DNA of 35,695 bases from a virus (taxonomy: Duplodnaviria > Caudoviricetes): positions 1 through 35,695 of the IMG/VR virus record IMGVR_UViG_3300021446_000035. One strand, 5' to 3'. Shown in pieces: positions 8,021 through 18,083 of the stretch. Below the pieces are notes generated by a model, which worked only from the letters and a program-made list of their open reading frames with translations, was not told where the DNA came from and searched no databases. Both the position numbers and the translations under genes were made by a program. Numbering within the stretch: position 1 is the stretch's first letter; every line of letters starts with the position of its first letter.

Positions 8021-9181
8021 ATGCCTATAGAAACCCCCGACAGCCCCCCTCCTGGAAAGGATCAGGACTACTATTTTGACGACTTCATGGAGCAGGTGGA
8101 CAAGGGCAGGCTCGGTGAGAACCAGTGGATTCCCTATCCGCTTGACCGCTGGAGTTGGCGCATTGGCTCCAAGAAGCGTATGTACCACCTGATCGGTGGA
8201 GACAGCGGTACCGGAAAATCAGCCTTCGTAGACCTTGTCTACATTTTGAAGGCCTACGAGTGGTACAAACAGGACACCGAGACCAACATCGATCTGGAGA
8301 TCTATCTTCGGTCGATGGAGCGCTCCAAAGAATTCCGGGTGGCGAAGTGGGTGTGCTGGAAGCTCTTTATGGACTACGGCATTCTGATCGACGTGAAAAG
8401 CGTCCTTGGATGGGTGCCGTCCGACGACCCTCTAGGGCAACCCATCTACGAGAAGATTCAGAAGTGCCGGGAGTACTTCACGAAGATGCAGGATGAGGTT
8501 CTCACAATTATCGACGGGCCTCAGAATCCAACCGGCATCCAGAAGCACATCAAATACATCGCCTCCCAGAACGGCACCCGACAGAAGAAAAGCGACTACG
8601 ATCGAGGGGGCTACATCCCGGATAACGAAGACAAGCTGGTGATCTATATCCTCGATCACATCGGGTGTATGCGCAGAGAGCGCGGCTACAGCGAGAAGGA
8701 CAATCTCGACAAGGCTACGGAGTATTTACAGACGGCCAGAGACCGCTATGGCTTCATGACAGTCGTCGTGAACCAGTTCAATCGGTCTCTTTCCGATGCC
8801 CAACGACGGTCGGACCTTACGGCCATTCCGGAAAAGCAGGACTTCAAAGGGTCAAGCAACATGTACGAAGACTGTGACTGCGCCATTGCCCTTTTTAACC
8901 CGGACGAGTACGGAATCAAGAAGTCTGCTGGGTATAACATTCCCAGCTTTGTCAGTCCGGAGGGATACAACCGCTACAGGTCCGCCCATCTCCTCAAGAG
9001 CACCTATGGTGGAGACAACATAAACTTGGGCCTAAACTTCGTGGGAGAATGTGGGCACTTTGAAGTGCTTCCACCACCCGGAGAAATGGCCCAGAAAGAT
9101 TATGAACTGGCGGCAACCCTTGCTCATTACCGGAAAGACGCCAGTTCTGAGGGCTATTCAATAAGCACCTCTGGTTCTTAA
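8021..9181 (+). CDS. dnaB: DnaB-like (SF4) replicative helicase
   Basis: H1 GGDSGTGKS, H1a SME, H2 YILDHIG, H3 VVNQFNR, H4 DFKGSSNMYEDCD. Confidence 0.85.
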   Translation: MPIETPDSPPPGKDQDYYFDDFMEQVDKGRLGENQWIPYPLDRWSWRIGSKKRMYHLIGGDSGTGKSAFVDLVYILKAYEWYKQDTETNIDLEIYLRSMERSKEFRVAKWVCWKLFMDYGILIDVKSVLGWVPSDDPLGQPIYEKIQKCREYFTKMQDEVLTIIDGPQNPTGIQKHIKYIASQNGTRQKKSDYDRGGYIPDNEDKLVIYILDHIGCMRRERGYSEKDNLDKATEYLQTARDRYGFMTVVVNQFNRSLSDAQRRSDLTAIPEKQDFKGSSNMYEDCDCAIALFNPDEYGIKKSAGYNIPSFVSPEGYNRYRSAHLLKSTYGGDNINLGLNFVGECGHFEVLPPPGEMAQKDYELAATLAHYRKDASSEGYSISTSGS

Positions 9182-9255
9182 CCAAGAGGTCACAAGCGAT
9201 AGCCCTGTTGATTTGACAATCGCATCGCCAAACCCTTTACTAAGCACATACCAGT

Positions 9256-9933
9256 ATGAGTAAGATTATTGCAGCTATTGGACCGCCCTCAACGGGCAAG
9301 TCCGCTTCTATGCGGACGCTTGACCCCGAAGAGACGTTTATTGTCTCGTGCATCGGGAAGACTCCACCTTTCCAGGGATGGAGCGACGACTATCCGGAGT
9401 TCACGAAGGAGAATCGTGAAGAGGGCCGGTTCTACGACCTGGACGTTCCTCCACGCCAGATGGCCAACAAGCTGGAGTGGATTCTAAACGCGATCAACGA
9501 GAAACGCAAGGATGTGGAGGTCGTCGTGATTGATGACTTTCAATACGTCCTCTCGTTTCAGTACATGGATCGTGCCCTGGAGAACGGATGGGACAAGTTC
9601 ACGGAAATGGGCGTCTCCATCTTTGACGTGATCAACAACGCACGTCAGATGCGAGATGATCTCATGATCGTGTTTCTTTCCCACTCCGCCGACAAATCCG
9701 ACGCCTCCCATGGGATGGAAGGCTTCAAGACGATCGGAAAGATGCTGGATAAGCACGTCGATCTCGAAGGCCTCTTCAACATCATCCTCTTTAGCGAGAG
9801 GGTTGACGGGGAGTATCGATTTCTCACTCAGACAGACGGAGAGAGGATTGCCCGCTCCCCCATGGGAATGTTCGACGAGCGCATTCCAAATGATTTAGGG
9901 ATGGTCGTCGACCGGATTCGAGAATATAACTGA
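9256..9933 (+). CDS. AAA_24 / Sak4-like P-loop ATPase
   Basis: GPPSTGKS..R.LDPEETF, Walker B VVIDDFQY, 'KTIGKMLD....EG.F..IL' and 'A.SPMGMF...IPNDL'. Confidence 0.85.
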   Translation: MSKIIAAIGPPSTGKSASMRTLDPEETFIVSCIGKTPPFQGWSDDYPEFTKENREEGRFYDLDVPPRQMANKLEWILNAINEKRKDVEVVVIDDFQYVLSFQYMDRALENGWDKFTEMGVSIFDVINNARQMRDDLMIVFLSHSADKSDASHGMEGFKTIGKMLDKHVDLEGLFNIILFSERVDGEYRFLTQTDGERIARSPMGMFDERIPNDLGMVVDRIREYN

Positions 9934-10011
9934 CGAATCTGTGAGTATCGGTTTTGGAGGCAGCAAGGCAGCAACTCTAAATACAACAGTCAATCGACTG
10001 ATCAACAGACC

Positions 10012-10452
10012 ATGACGGAATCAGCAAACATCGACCCTGACAGTCTTATTGAGGTAGACGACGTCCAGAAGAGAGGGGACGTTGACTACGACCTCCGCTA
10101 CCTCCCTAACCGCGAGAAGTGGAAGTTCTCCCAAGAAGCATTTGAGGCGCTCAACCTTGAAGATCACGCCCTTCGAGAGTACGTCTCCGAAGAGGGCAAG
10201 ATCGTTGTGAGCGTGCAAGATGAGGAGGACTCCACGTTCATGAAAGGTCGCAGTGATTCGGAGCAGAAGGGAAAGCTCTTCACCAATCGAAAGCTGCGGG
10301 AGCATCTTAGTCAGATCGGATTTGAGGATAGGACGCATTTTGCCCTTATCCCTGCCGGATCTGACGGAGACGTAGAGTTTTTTGTCGTGGACGCCTGGGG
10401 AGACCGCGACTTCTCGCCTCTTCTGGAGGCAAGATTCGAAGGATCTTCCTAG
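10012..10452 (+). CDS. Hypothetical acidic protein
   Basis: ATG ORF with host-like codon usage inside the replication block. Confidence 0.75.
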   Translation: MTESANIDPDSLIEVDDVQKRGDVDYDLRYLPNREKWKFSQEAFEALNLEDHALREYVSEEGKIVVSVQDEEDSTFMKGRSDSEQKGKLFTNRKLREHLSQIGFEDRTHFALIPAGSDGDVEFFVVDAWGDRDFSPLLEARFEGSS

Positions 10453-10529
10453 TAGAGAGCGCTTCTACTAGGAGGCTCCTTTCTCCCCCTTTACCGTTTT
10501 CTCAACCAGCAAACAAAGCGACCCCTACT

Positions 10530-11198
10530 ATGGGATACAGTATTGCAGCATCCGATCAAGCAACAGAGGAACAGTCACAGACCCCGACGCTGGACCAGCC
10601 CTATCTCGGGCCCGCCCATCTTGTCGATGTGCGGAAGGAGTCCTACGGGTCCAATGGCGAGTACCCCGTTCTTGTCTTCGAATTCGAGGCCCTTGGCCCC
10701 AACGAGGTCAACGGGTACTCCTTCGAGGGCACCCGCCTTCACCGCCACTCTGAGTTCCCCATCACGGAGGACGACATGAGGGCCTCCGATGACGGGGCCA
10801 GCTCCGCACAGAAGGAGGTGGACCGCATTGCGTGGATCCTCGGGTACTTCATGGACGAGGAGGAGGCCGAAGCCGCCGTCAAGGCGAAGAATGCCGACTC
10901 CCTGGAGGAACTCTGGGAGACCATCCGGACACAGGTGGTGGCCACGGCGGAAGCCGTCGACTACGAGGACAAGAACATCAAGATTAAGGTCCTTGCCGAG
11001 GAGTACAACGGCGAGGGCAAGATCCAGACGCCCTTTTACAAGGGGTGGCTCGCCGACGAGAACAGCGAGCAGCCGCTGACCTTCAGTCAGCAGGACAAGC
11101 GGAATCTCCGTGACTGGGAGCGCATTCAGAACGCTTCCCCGAACGGGGAACCCGCCACCAACGGCGAGACCGCCGGCGGTGACAACTGGGACTGGTAG
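10530..11198 (+). CDS. Putative single-stranded DNA-binding protein
   Basis: Lies near the Sak4-like ATPase. Flexible acidic tail ending in aromatic residues (GGDNWDW). Very high GC3 suggests high expression. Confidence 0.5.
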   Translation: MGYSIAASDQATEEQSQTPTLDQPYLGPAHLVDVRKESYGSNGEYPVLVFEFEALGPNEVNGYSFEGTRLHRHSEFPITEDDMRASDDGASSAQKEVDRIAWILGYFMDEEEAEAAVKAKNADSLEELWETIRTQVVATAEAVDYEDKNIKIKVLAEEYNGEGKIQTPFYKGWLADENSEQPLTFSQQDKRNLRDWERIQNASPNGEPATNGETAGGDNWDW

Positions 11199-11236
11199 TA
11201 CGTCCCGGCTAGGCATCTACAGATGAAACGAAGGAG

Positions 11237-11277
11237 AAGCCCGGTGTAGCCAAAACTGCACCGGGCTTTTTCTTTTT
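11237..11277 (+). terminator. Rho-independent terminator
   Basis: AAGCCCGGTGTAG-CCAAAA-CTGCACCGGGCTT followed by TTTCTTTTT. Confidence 0.88.
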
Positions 11278-11327
11278 AACATGCCTCCCAGTAAGTCCCT
11301 TTACCAGCATGACAATCGGCATCATAA

Positions 11328-12485
11328 ATGGATCTCGAACCAAGGCCCCCGATTAGCAAGAGTTTCATTCAGCAGCGCACGACGCAAGAGGAAATTTTCC
11401 GCCACTACCTGGGCCTCGAAATCCAGACCACTCGTCACTTTTGCAACCCCCTTCGGCAGGACAATAGGCCGACGTGCAACTTTTGGTACAGCAATGGTCG
11501 GCTGTACTTTCGGGACTACGCGAAGACTGGGCCCCTCGACTGCTTTGCCCTCGTAGAGGAGATCTACAACTGCAACTTCTACAAGGCCTGCGTGCACATT
11601 GCAGATGACATGAATCTAAGAGAGGACGAAACTGAAAATACTGCACGCAAGACCGAGGTGGACTTTCAGTCTGCATGGAAAAATGTGCAAGAGTCCCAGA
11701 GCCGAACTAAAATTGAGGTCCGCCGAGCACCGATGACAGAGGGGAATAAGGACTACCTGAAATCCCACGGTGTCCTCCCCTCCTCGGCAAAAAAGTACCG
11801 CTGCACGGGCATCGACCATCTTTGGCTCCGTGGCGAACACTGTTGGATGCGAAAGCCCGAGGACCCTGCGCTTGCCTACTACTTCGGGACCGACGACGAC
11901 GGCATTCAACAGTGGAAGATTTACTTCTACAAGCGGGATGAGAACCGATTTCTCTGCAACACGAGCGTCATTCAAGGCTGGGAGCAGCTTCCTCCCGATG
12001 GAGACTTGGTCGTGATTACCAAGTCCTTGAAAGACGTGATGACCCTAGACTCAATGGGCATCACGGCCATTGCTCCACAAACAGAGAGCTACCCGCCGAC
12101 AGATGAGACCATCGAGGAACTGAAGTCCCGGTTCTCGAAGGTGGTCAGTCTGTATGACTTTGAGTACGCGGGCGTCCGCACAGCCAATACCCTAAAGCGC
12201 AAACATAACGTCGAACCCTTCTTCCTCACCGATGGTCGGTTTGGATCCCGTGACTTTGGGGCCAAGGACATCTCCGACTACGTGAAAGACTACGGTCGGC
12301 AAAACGCATACAAGCTGATAGAGCGGGCGAAGAAGCACCTTCAACCTGTTCCCATTGACCAAGACAACCTTCATGTTCGATCTGAGAGAACACACGAAAT
12401 GGACGCCGAAGAAGGGCGACGTTTGCACGATCTACGGAGCCTACCAGAGCCTCCGAATTGGCATACTCTGGAAATACACGGGTAA
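11328..12485 (+). CDS. DNA primase (N-terminal Zn-finger-like domain + TOPRIM)
   Basis: 'FCNPLRQDNRPTCNF...YFRDY...DCF..V' N-terminal domain. TOPRIM motifs ITKSLKDVM, LYDFEYAG and KDISD. Confidence 0.85.
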   Translation: MDLEPRPPISKSFIQQRTTQEEIFRHYLGLEIQTTRHFCNPLRQDNRPTCNFWYSNGRLYFRDYAKTGPLDCFALVEEIYNCNFYKACVHIADDMNLREDETENTARKTEVDFQSAWKNVQESQSRTKIEVRRAPMTEGNKDYLKSHGVLPSSAKKYRCTGIDHLWLRGEHCWMRKPEDPALAYYFGTDDDGIQQWKIYFYKRDENRFLCNTSVIQGWEQLPPDGDLVVITKSLKDVMTLDSMGITAIAPQTESYPPTDETIEELKSRFSKVVSLYDFEYAGVRTANTLKRKHNVEPFFLTDGRFGSRDFGAKDISDYVKDYGRQNAYKLIERAKKHLQPVPIDQDNLHVRSERTHEMDAEEGRRLHDLRSLPEPPNWHTLEIHG

Positions 12486-12741
12486 GACCGTTCAGTACTT
12501 CCGCCGAAATGCCTGGAGCAGGCTCTACGAGTCCTTGAAATACAGAAACGTGAGCAGGCCGAAAGTGTCGTGGATTCGTGCAGAGTCTAGAATGCACTGG
12601 GGCAGCGGCACCAAGACACAGTGGCCGAAAAAGATTGCTCCCTTTGCGATCTACAACCTGTCCGAAGAGATTCAGAAGCAGGTACACAAAATCCAGGGCG
12701 AGATGCCGCCCAGACAAAAGCGGAAAGAGCTTTTTAGCTAA
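12373..12741 (+). CDS. Hypothetical basic protein
   Basis: First ATG of the 12355 frame. It fills the gap between primase and resolvase and overlaps the primase tail by 113 nt. Confidence 0.55.
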   Translation: MFDLREHTKWTPKKGDVCTIYGAYQSLRIGILWKYTGKTVQYFRRNAWSRLYESLKYRNVSRPKVSWIRAESRMHWGSGTKTQWPKKIAPFAIYNLSEEIQKQVHKIQGEMPPRQKRKELFS

Positions 12742-12853
12742 GGCCCCACCATCGACCGCGAACAGGCGTGGCCGGGGTACACGTAGCTTGAAGCCGCGCA
12801 TAATTCGCCATCACACCGTAGATCCTTCCCTTTACCAACATGAGACACGACCA

Positions 12854-13621
12854 ATGCAGCAACTCACTGAAATCGAGAAGACACCCATAGCGACCTGTGA
12901 GATCCCCGAGTACATCGTGAAGGTCCAGACGTCGAAGAAGCGCCGGAAGAACTATTTCAATAAGTACGACGGCAAGGGCGTCTCTCGGACCTACGAGTAC
13001 GAGGAGCTGGATGGAAAGTACGCGCCTCTCCAGGAGCACTACGAGGGGCCGCCCTACACGCTCCCGATCTCCAAGACCAACGCCTTGAAGCTCCACGAAG
13101 GAGACTACTCGTGGAACTCCAACGGTTATCTCGAAGACGAGAATGAAGATCGAGTGGTCGCCAATCCACAGGCCGCAGGCACTCCGAACTACGAGAAACT
13201 GAGCGGAAATCGCTTTAGCTCTGGGTTCGGAAACCACCACCTCCGAAGGACGCTCACGCACGGACTGAAAGACTTCTACCGCCCGATTGTCCGTGATCAG
13301 ATGACGCCCTTCGACGACGATGTATACCCCCTCTGTGTCCGATGGGAATGCCACACGGTGATCGACCGGAATCTCTTCGATCTGGACAATTTCTGGTTCT
13401 ACTTCAAGTACTTCCAGGACGTTCTTATCGAGGATGAGCACCCAGACGGCCATGATCTGGAGCCGATTATTCCCGACGACAACATTCAGTACGTCACTGC
13501 ACCTGGGCGGCCTATTTTATACCCGATCGAGGACTGGGAGGACCGGAAATTTGTCTTCGAGTTCTACCGGGACACGCGCAATATCATCACAAACCATCCC
13601 TTTTGGAATGGAAGCGACTAG
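12854..13621 (+). CDS. RusA-like Holliday junction resolvase/endonuclease with N-terminal extension
   Basis: 'DLDNFWFYFKYFQDVL...IIPDDNIQYV' fits the RusA D-x-D-N..K...D.L...DD pattern. Start moved to ATG 12854, after CCCTTTACCAACA. Confidence 0.7.
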   Translation: MQQLTEIEKTPIATCEIPEYIVKVQTSKKRRKNYFNKYDGKGVSRTYEYEELDGKYAPLQEHYEGPPYTLPISKTNALKLHEGDYSWNSNGYLEDENEDRVVANPQAAGTPNYEKLSGNRFSSGFGNHHLRRTLTHGLKDFYRPIVRDQMTPFDDDVYPLCVRWECHTVIDRNLFDLDNFWFYFKYFQDVLIEDEHPDGHDLEPIIPDDNIQYVTAPGRPILYPIEDWEDRKFVFEFYRDTRNIITNHPFWNGSD

Positions 13622-14744
13622 ACCTACCAACGGATATGCAACCAGCACGTCAGACTCTCCCACAGCCCAATTTGCCGAAGAGGTTCTCGTAGACGGCGAG
13701 GATCTGGACACCGAATGGCTCCGACAGAAATTGGCCCGATTGGGAAATCCCCTCCGTCGTGAAGAGCAGTATCACGACTTTATCGGGGTCTCGAACACCG
13801 ATCTGGGCAATCTGGACAAGCATCCTCTCTACTTCTACAAGGACAAGATTCTTGGCGAAGAGGATGAGGAAGAGTCCTTGCCTACGGCCTACCTCCTAGG
13901 CAACATGATCGAGTGTCAGCTTCTGTTTCCTCACCGTTTTGAGGACCAGTTCATTCGGGAACCGGAGGAGATGAAAAGCCCCAGTTCTCCGAATCAGAAA
14001 GAGTTCTGCCAACACGTGATCAACGGGGATTCCCCGGAGGAGGCATTCCGGAAGTGCTACTCCACCAAGCGAAAATCCGACGAGAAGATTGCGGAGAAGG
14101 CATCGGAGAAGTACGAGAGTCTGAGGCAGTACATTAGCTTCACGCAGGAGGTGGAGAACTCCGGAAAGGATCCCTACACCGCCGAGCAGAAAGAGACGGT
14201 CAACGCCGCTGTCTTGGACGTAAAGACGTCCAGCGGATACCAGTGGTTGGAATCCCAAGATGGAACGGACCTCGTTCAGTATCCCCTGGTCGGCCTGATG
14301 GACGTGGGCCCGAAGAGCGTGCTCACCAAGGGGTTGGCCGACTGGCTCATTGTAGGAGATCGGCAGGTTATTAGCATCGATCTGAAGACCACATCCAAAC
14401 CCCTGGGCGACTTTGGGTACTCCTATCACAAGTACCGCTACTACCGCCAGCAGGGCTACTACCGGGAGATGCTTCGACAGCAGTTTCCCGACAAGAACAT
14501 CCAGACCTATTGCCTCGCCACCAAGACCAGAGAGCCTTTTGGCACCCGCCTGTTCCAGGTGAGCAAGTCCCTCCTGGACAGTGGCATCGAAGAGGCACGC
14601 TCTCTTCTAGAGCGTCTGGTGCTGCATCTCGATGGGGAGTACGACTTTCAACGCCCCCTCGAAGATCAGCGCGGCACCAAGACGATGCTTTCTCCCAACG
14701 AGGATATGCTTTCCCGACATCTTTCTGAATCGTCTATCCAGTAA
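13608..14744 (+). CDS. PD-(D/E)XK exonuclease (RecE/Exo VIII-like)
   Basis: 'YH...GVSNTDL', 'GNMIECQLLFP..F', 'KGLADWL...IDLKTT' and 'YYRQQGYY'. Start moved to ATG 13608. Confidence 0.82.
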   Translation: MEATRPTNGYATSTSDSPTAQFAEEVLVDGEDLDTEWLRQKLARLGNPLRREEQYHDFIGVSNTDLGNLDKHPLYFYKDKILGEEDEEESLPTAYLLGNMIECQLLFPHRFEDQFIREPEEMKSPSSPNQKEFCQHVINGDSPEEAFRKCYSTKRKSDEKIAEKASEKYESLRQYISFTQEVENSGKDPYTAEQKETVNAAVLDVKTSSGYQWLESQDGTDLVQYPLVGLMDVGPKSVLTKGLADWLIVGDRQVISIDLKTTSKPLGDFGYSYHKYRYYRQQGYYREMLRQQFPDKNIQTYCLATKTREPFGTRLFQVSKSLLDSGIEEARSLLERLVLHLDGEYDFQRPLEDQRGTKTMLSPNEDMLSRHLSESSIQ

Positions 14745-14747
14745 ACC

Positions 14748-15506
14748 ATGAGTCAACAATCTATAAACAAAGCCCAGGCCCTCCTGGGCGACGGATGGGG
14801 AAAGCTCCTCTGGAAGGAGTTCGAGAAGCCCTACATGAGCAAGATTAACGCCTACGTGAAGCAGCGCCGGGAGAGTCCAGCAAAGGTCTTCCCGGATGGC
14901 GATCAGATCTTTCGGGCGCTCAAGCTCTGCCAACCCGGAGATACGAAGGTCGTCATTATCGGCCAGGACCCTTATCCGCACTGCGCGGCTGATGGACTTG
15001 CCTTCTCTGCGTCTGGGGCCAAAGACGTGCCCAATTCCTTGAAGAACATTTTCAGCGAATTGGAAGACGATATTGGACCCGATCTTCCCACCCCGAAAAA
15101 AGATCTTCAGCGGTGGGCAGAGCAGGGAGTCTTGCTCCTCAACACGTATCTGACGACAGAGAAGGGCAATCCTGGAGCCCATCATCACCTTCCTTGGGAC
15201 CTATTTACCCGAAGGGTGATCGGGTGCCTAGGACGGCCAAAGGCTCGGCCTCGTGTGTTCATGCTTTGGGGAAACCATGCCCGGAGCTTTCTCAGAGGAG
15301 AGACCTCCGCCATTGATCCCTTCTCCACCACGTGTCTTGAGGCTTCCCATCCGTCCCCTCGGTCAGCCTCACGCAGCTTCTTTGGCTGTAGGCACTTCTC
15401 GAAGGCCAATGCCGCACTCGAAGAAGAGGGCCACGAGCCTATAGAGTGGCACGCTTCTTTGAATGATCTGGAAAGCCAAGAGGCAGTTGCACAGCACAGG
15501 GGTTAA
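14748..15506 (+). CDS. ung: Uracil-DNA glycosylase, family 1
   Basis: KVVIIGQDPYP, A.GLAFS, P.SL.NIF.EL, WAEQGVLLLN, FMLWGNHA, HPSP and FFGCRHFSKAN. Confidence 0.96.
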   Translation: MSQQSINKAQALLGDGWGKLLWKEFEKPYMSKINAYVKQRRESPAKVFPDGDQIFRALKLCQPGDTKVVIIGQDPYPHCAADGLAFSASGAKDVPNSLKNIFSELEDDIGPDLPTPKKDLQRWAEQGVLLLNTYLTTEKGNPGAHHHLPWDLFTRRVIGCLGRPKARPRVFMLWGNHARSFLRGETSAIDPFSTTCLEASHPSPRSASRSFFGCRHFSKANAALEEEGHEPIEWHASLNDLESQEAVAQHRG

Positions 15507-15509
15507 GGC

Positions 15510-15543
15510 TTGCAATTGTCTACCCTCCTGTATACACTATAGT
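15510..15543 (+). promoter_or_regulatory. Sigma70-type promoter(s) for rIIA-rIIB
   Basis: TTGCAA(15510)-N17-TACACT(15533), overlapped by TTGTCT(15516)-N16-TATAGT(15538). Confidence 0.6.
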
Positions 15544-15638
15544 CACCACGATAGGAGGGTCCTTCCCTGATTCAGTCCCTTTGTGCCCCTGGGGGTCCCT
15601 GCCCCCAGGCGGCATTTTCATCATTGACTCTATCGCCT

Positions 15639-18083
15639 ATGAAACTTCCCGACACTCAGCAAGAGGTCGAGACCCTGGGCGAGTCTGACCAGCAGGACTT
15701 CACGATGGACGAGTCCTCCATGCATTTGGCGATGGATGCTTTCGTCCAGTACAAGGAACCCATTGACTCCCTCGTTCGGGAGATTACCTCCAATGGGTTC
15801 GACGCCCACGCAGAAGCACGACGACTGAGAGACCTTTCATTGGCCTCTCTTCTTGAACCCTCCGATTGGGACTCCCTTCCCTCTTACCAGACCTGGACCT
15901 ACTTCCAGGAATGGCTTTCTCTTCTTGAGCATCTCGAAGACTGGGAGGAATCCGGTGTCATTGTCCGGATGTCAGAGAAGTATCCCTCCGGAGGCGAGCG
16001 CAAGATCGAAATTGAAGACCACGGTGTGGGCATGGCCCCACGCCACTCCGACATTGAACCAAATGTCGGCATCTACACAACGTTCTTCGAGTCCACCAAG
16101 CGGGACACCAACGACAAGATTGGCACCTTCGGCATCGGTGCAAAAAGCCCGTTGGGCTACACCGACATGTTCGAAGTGATCTCCCGCTTCAACGGCACCA
16201 AGTATCACTATGTGGTGTCGAAGGGAGAAAAGGTGCCCCGCATGGACCTTGTAGACCAGGAGCCGACCGACGAACCAAATGGTACAACGGTCAGGGTCAA
16301 CATGAAGTCCGTAAGCGATTGGCGATCCTTCAAGGACGCCTGTAAGAAGCAGCTTGCCTACTTTCCGAATGTGCTCTTCGAAGGAGCGCTTTCCGGAAAG
16401 GTCTCCAACGACTTCAACATCTACGAGGGCGAGAACTTCGTCTACCGGACGGACAATCCCTTCAACGAACTCCACATGTGCATCGGCGGGGTTTACTACC
16501 CGCTGGACTACGAGGCCGTGGACCTGGGGACTACCTACTCGAAGCGTCAGAAGTGGAATGTCCCCATCGCTCTGAAATTCGACATCGGCGAGCTTCCGAT
16601 TCTCTGGAACCGGGAGAACGTGAAGTACACCGAAGAGGCGAAGAACATCATCAAAGAGCGCATTTCCGACGTCCAGGACGAGCTACAGAACCTCTTTGAC
16701 GAGCGCTACGGAGACAACGACACCGTGGAAGAGTGGCTTAATGCCTGGAATGCCTCTCAAGGAAGCACGGTAGACCTGACGAAAGACGTAAGCCTGACCT
16801 TCACGAAGAAATTCGTTGCTTCCTCGAAGGTCCCAGAGTTTGAGGCCTACGAAAACATCCTTCCAAAGCTGCCCAGCGACCCCTTCTACGTTGCTAAGAT
16901 TTACAAAAAGATCGAAAAAGGCTACGTATACCAAGGAGACTGGAGCAAAAAGCTAGAAAAGTGCTACTTCAAAGGTCTCAATGGCGGGGTGTATTACTGG
17001 GTCAACAATCGCTATAGTCCAAAGGTCAACCGCTACATCCATTGGAAGCATGGGCTTCGAAACTTCTACCTAATCAAGCCCAATGTGGATGCCGATCTGG
17101 ACCTTTCTGATGATGAGGATAAGGGCAAAGCCGTAGGCCGGTTCAAGACCTATTACTCAGACGATTTTGTAAAGCGGGAAGACATCTCCGACCTGCAACT
17201 CAAGACGATGCTTCACTTCGAGAGAAAGGTTCTCGAACTGATCAGAAGCAAATGCCGGGACTACAGCACGGAGGAGCCCACCGACGAGTTTAAGGAGATC
17301 GACAAGAATCGAGATCGGAAAAATGGCTCTTCAAATAGTCGCAGCATGAGCAAGAAAAAGCGTCAGGAAACCTTCCCCTGCAAGATGTACAGCTCCGGAG
17401 GAAGCTATTCCGGGTCCAAGTGGAGCCAGAAGCGAATGAAGTGGGAGAAAATCCACAGACCCGATCTGATTATCTACGGTCACCGCAAGCACGGAGATGA
17501 CCTTCTCGATGTTGGAGACGTCTTTCACGACTTGAGCTACCTCAGTGACTACAGGTCTAACGGCTTTAAAACCGACCGGATCTGGGTCCTGAAAATTGCC
17601 AAATCCAGGGTCGAGCACTTCGAAGCCCTGGACAGCAGCATTTTTATCGACAACGTGTGGGACCACTACTGGGGCTTCCTTCGCCGCAAGTATACGAAGG
17701 AGCAGGTCAACAACATCGTCAATCCATCTAGAATCCCCGATGGTCTAGCGAAAATGTTTCCCCGAGTGGACGAGCTTTCGGAGACGCTTAATTCCGAGCT
17801 AAACAATACGGGAGGACGACTGGCCAAGTGGATTCAGAATGAGATTAACACCGACAAATACGTTGACCACCGATACCTACGGATGGCGAAAGAGCTGAAA
17901 GGATGGATTCTCAAGTATCCCCTCTTTAAGGCTTTGAATCGGTATCGGGCAAAGAAGAATATGCCCAGTCACGCTAATTTCGATGAGGAGATTCAGTCCT
18001 ACATCGAAAGCAAAAGCGAGAGCCATCCTCTCCTTACTTATCGTTACCATCAGAATCACAACCAGCAAACATCAAATGGATAA
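15639..18083 (+). CDS. rIIA: rIIA-like protein (N-terminal GHKL ATPase)
   Basis: GHKL motifs REITSNGFDAH, DHGVGM, 'ESTKRDTNDKIGTFGIGAKSPLGYTD' and NGTTV. Followed by an rIIB homolog. Confidence 0.88.
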   Translation: MKLPDTQQEVETLGESDQQDFTMDESSMHLAMDAFVQYKEPIDSLVREITSNGFDAHAEARRLRDLSLASLLEPSDWDSLPSYQTWTYFQEWLSLLEHLEDWEESGVIVRMSEKYPSGGERKIEIEDHGVGMAPRHSDIEPNVGIYTTFFESTKRDTNDKIGTFGIGAKSPLGYTDMFEVISRFNGTKYHYVVSKGEKVPRMDLVDQEPTDEPNGTTVRVNMKSVSDWRSFKDACKKQLAYFPNVLFEGALSGKVSNDFNIYEGENFVYRTDNPFNELHMCIGGVYYPLDYEAVDLGTTYSKRQKWNVPIALKFDIGELPILWNRENVKYTEEAKNIIKERISDVQDELQNLFDERYGDNDTVEEWLNAWNASQGSTVDLTKDVSLTFTKKFVASSKVPEFEAYENILPKLPSDPFYVAKIYKKIEKGYVYQGDWSKKLEKCYFKGLNGGVYYWVNNRYSPKVNRYIHWKHGLRNFYLIKPNVDADLDLSDDEDKGKAVGRFKTYYSDDFVKREDISDLQLKTMLHFERKVLELIRSKCRDYSTEEPTDEFKEIDKNRDRKNGSSNSRSMSKKKRQETFPCKMYSSGGSYSGSKWSQKRMKWEKIHRPDLIIYGHRKHGDDLLDVGDVFHDLSYLSDYRSNGFKTDRIWVLKIAKSRVEHFEALDSSIFIDNVWDHYWGFLRRKYTKEQVNNIVNPSRIPDGLAKMFPRVDELSETLNSELNNTGGRLAKWIQNEINTDKYVDHRYLRMAKELKGWILKYPLFKALNRYRAKKNMPSHANFDEEIQSYIESKSESHPLLTYRYHQNHNQQTSNG

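Noticed and set aside
4059-9181. Inteins or introns in PolB, the helicases or NrdJ
   Set aside because: Catalytic motifs are normally spaced and no intein termini or homing endonuclease motifs are visible.
12578-13607. Long N-terminal extensions of ORF-track calls 12578, 13434, 17983, 19724 and 2361
   Set aside because: The extensions overlap upstream genes or hairpins. Downstream ATGs, mostly following the leader motif, give better starts.
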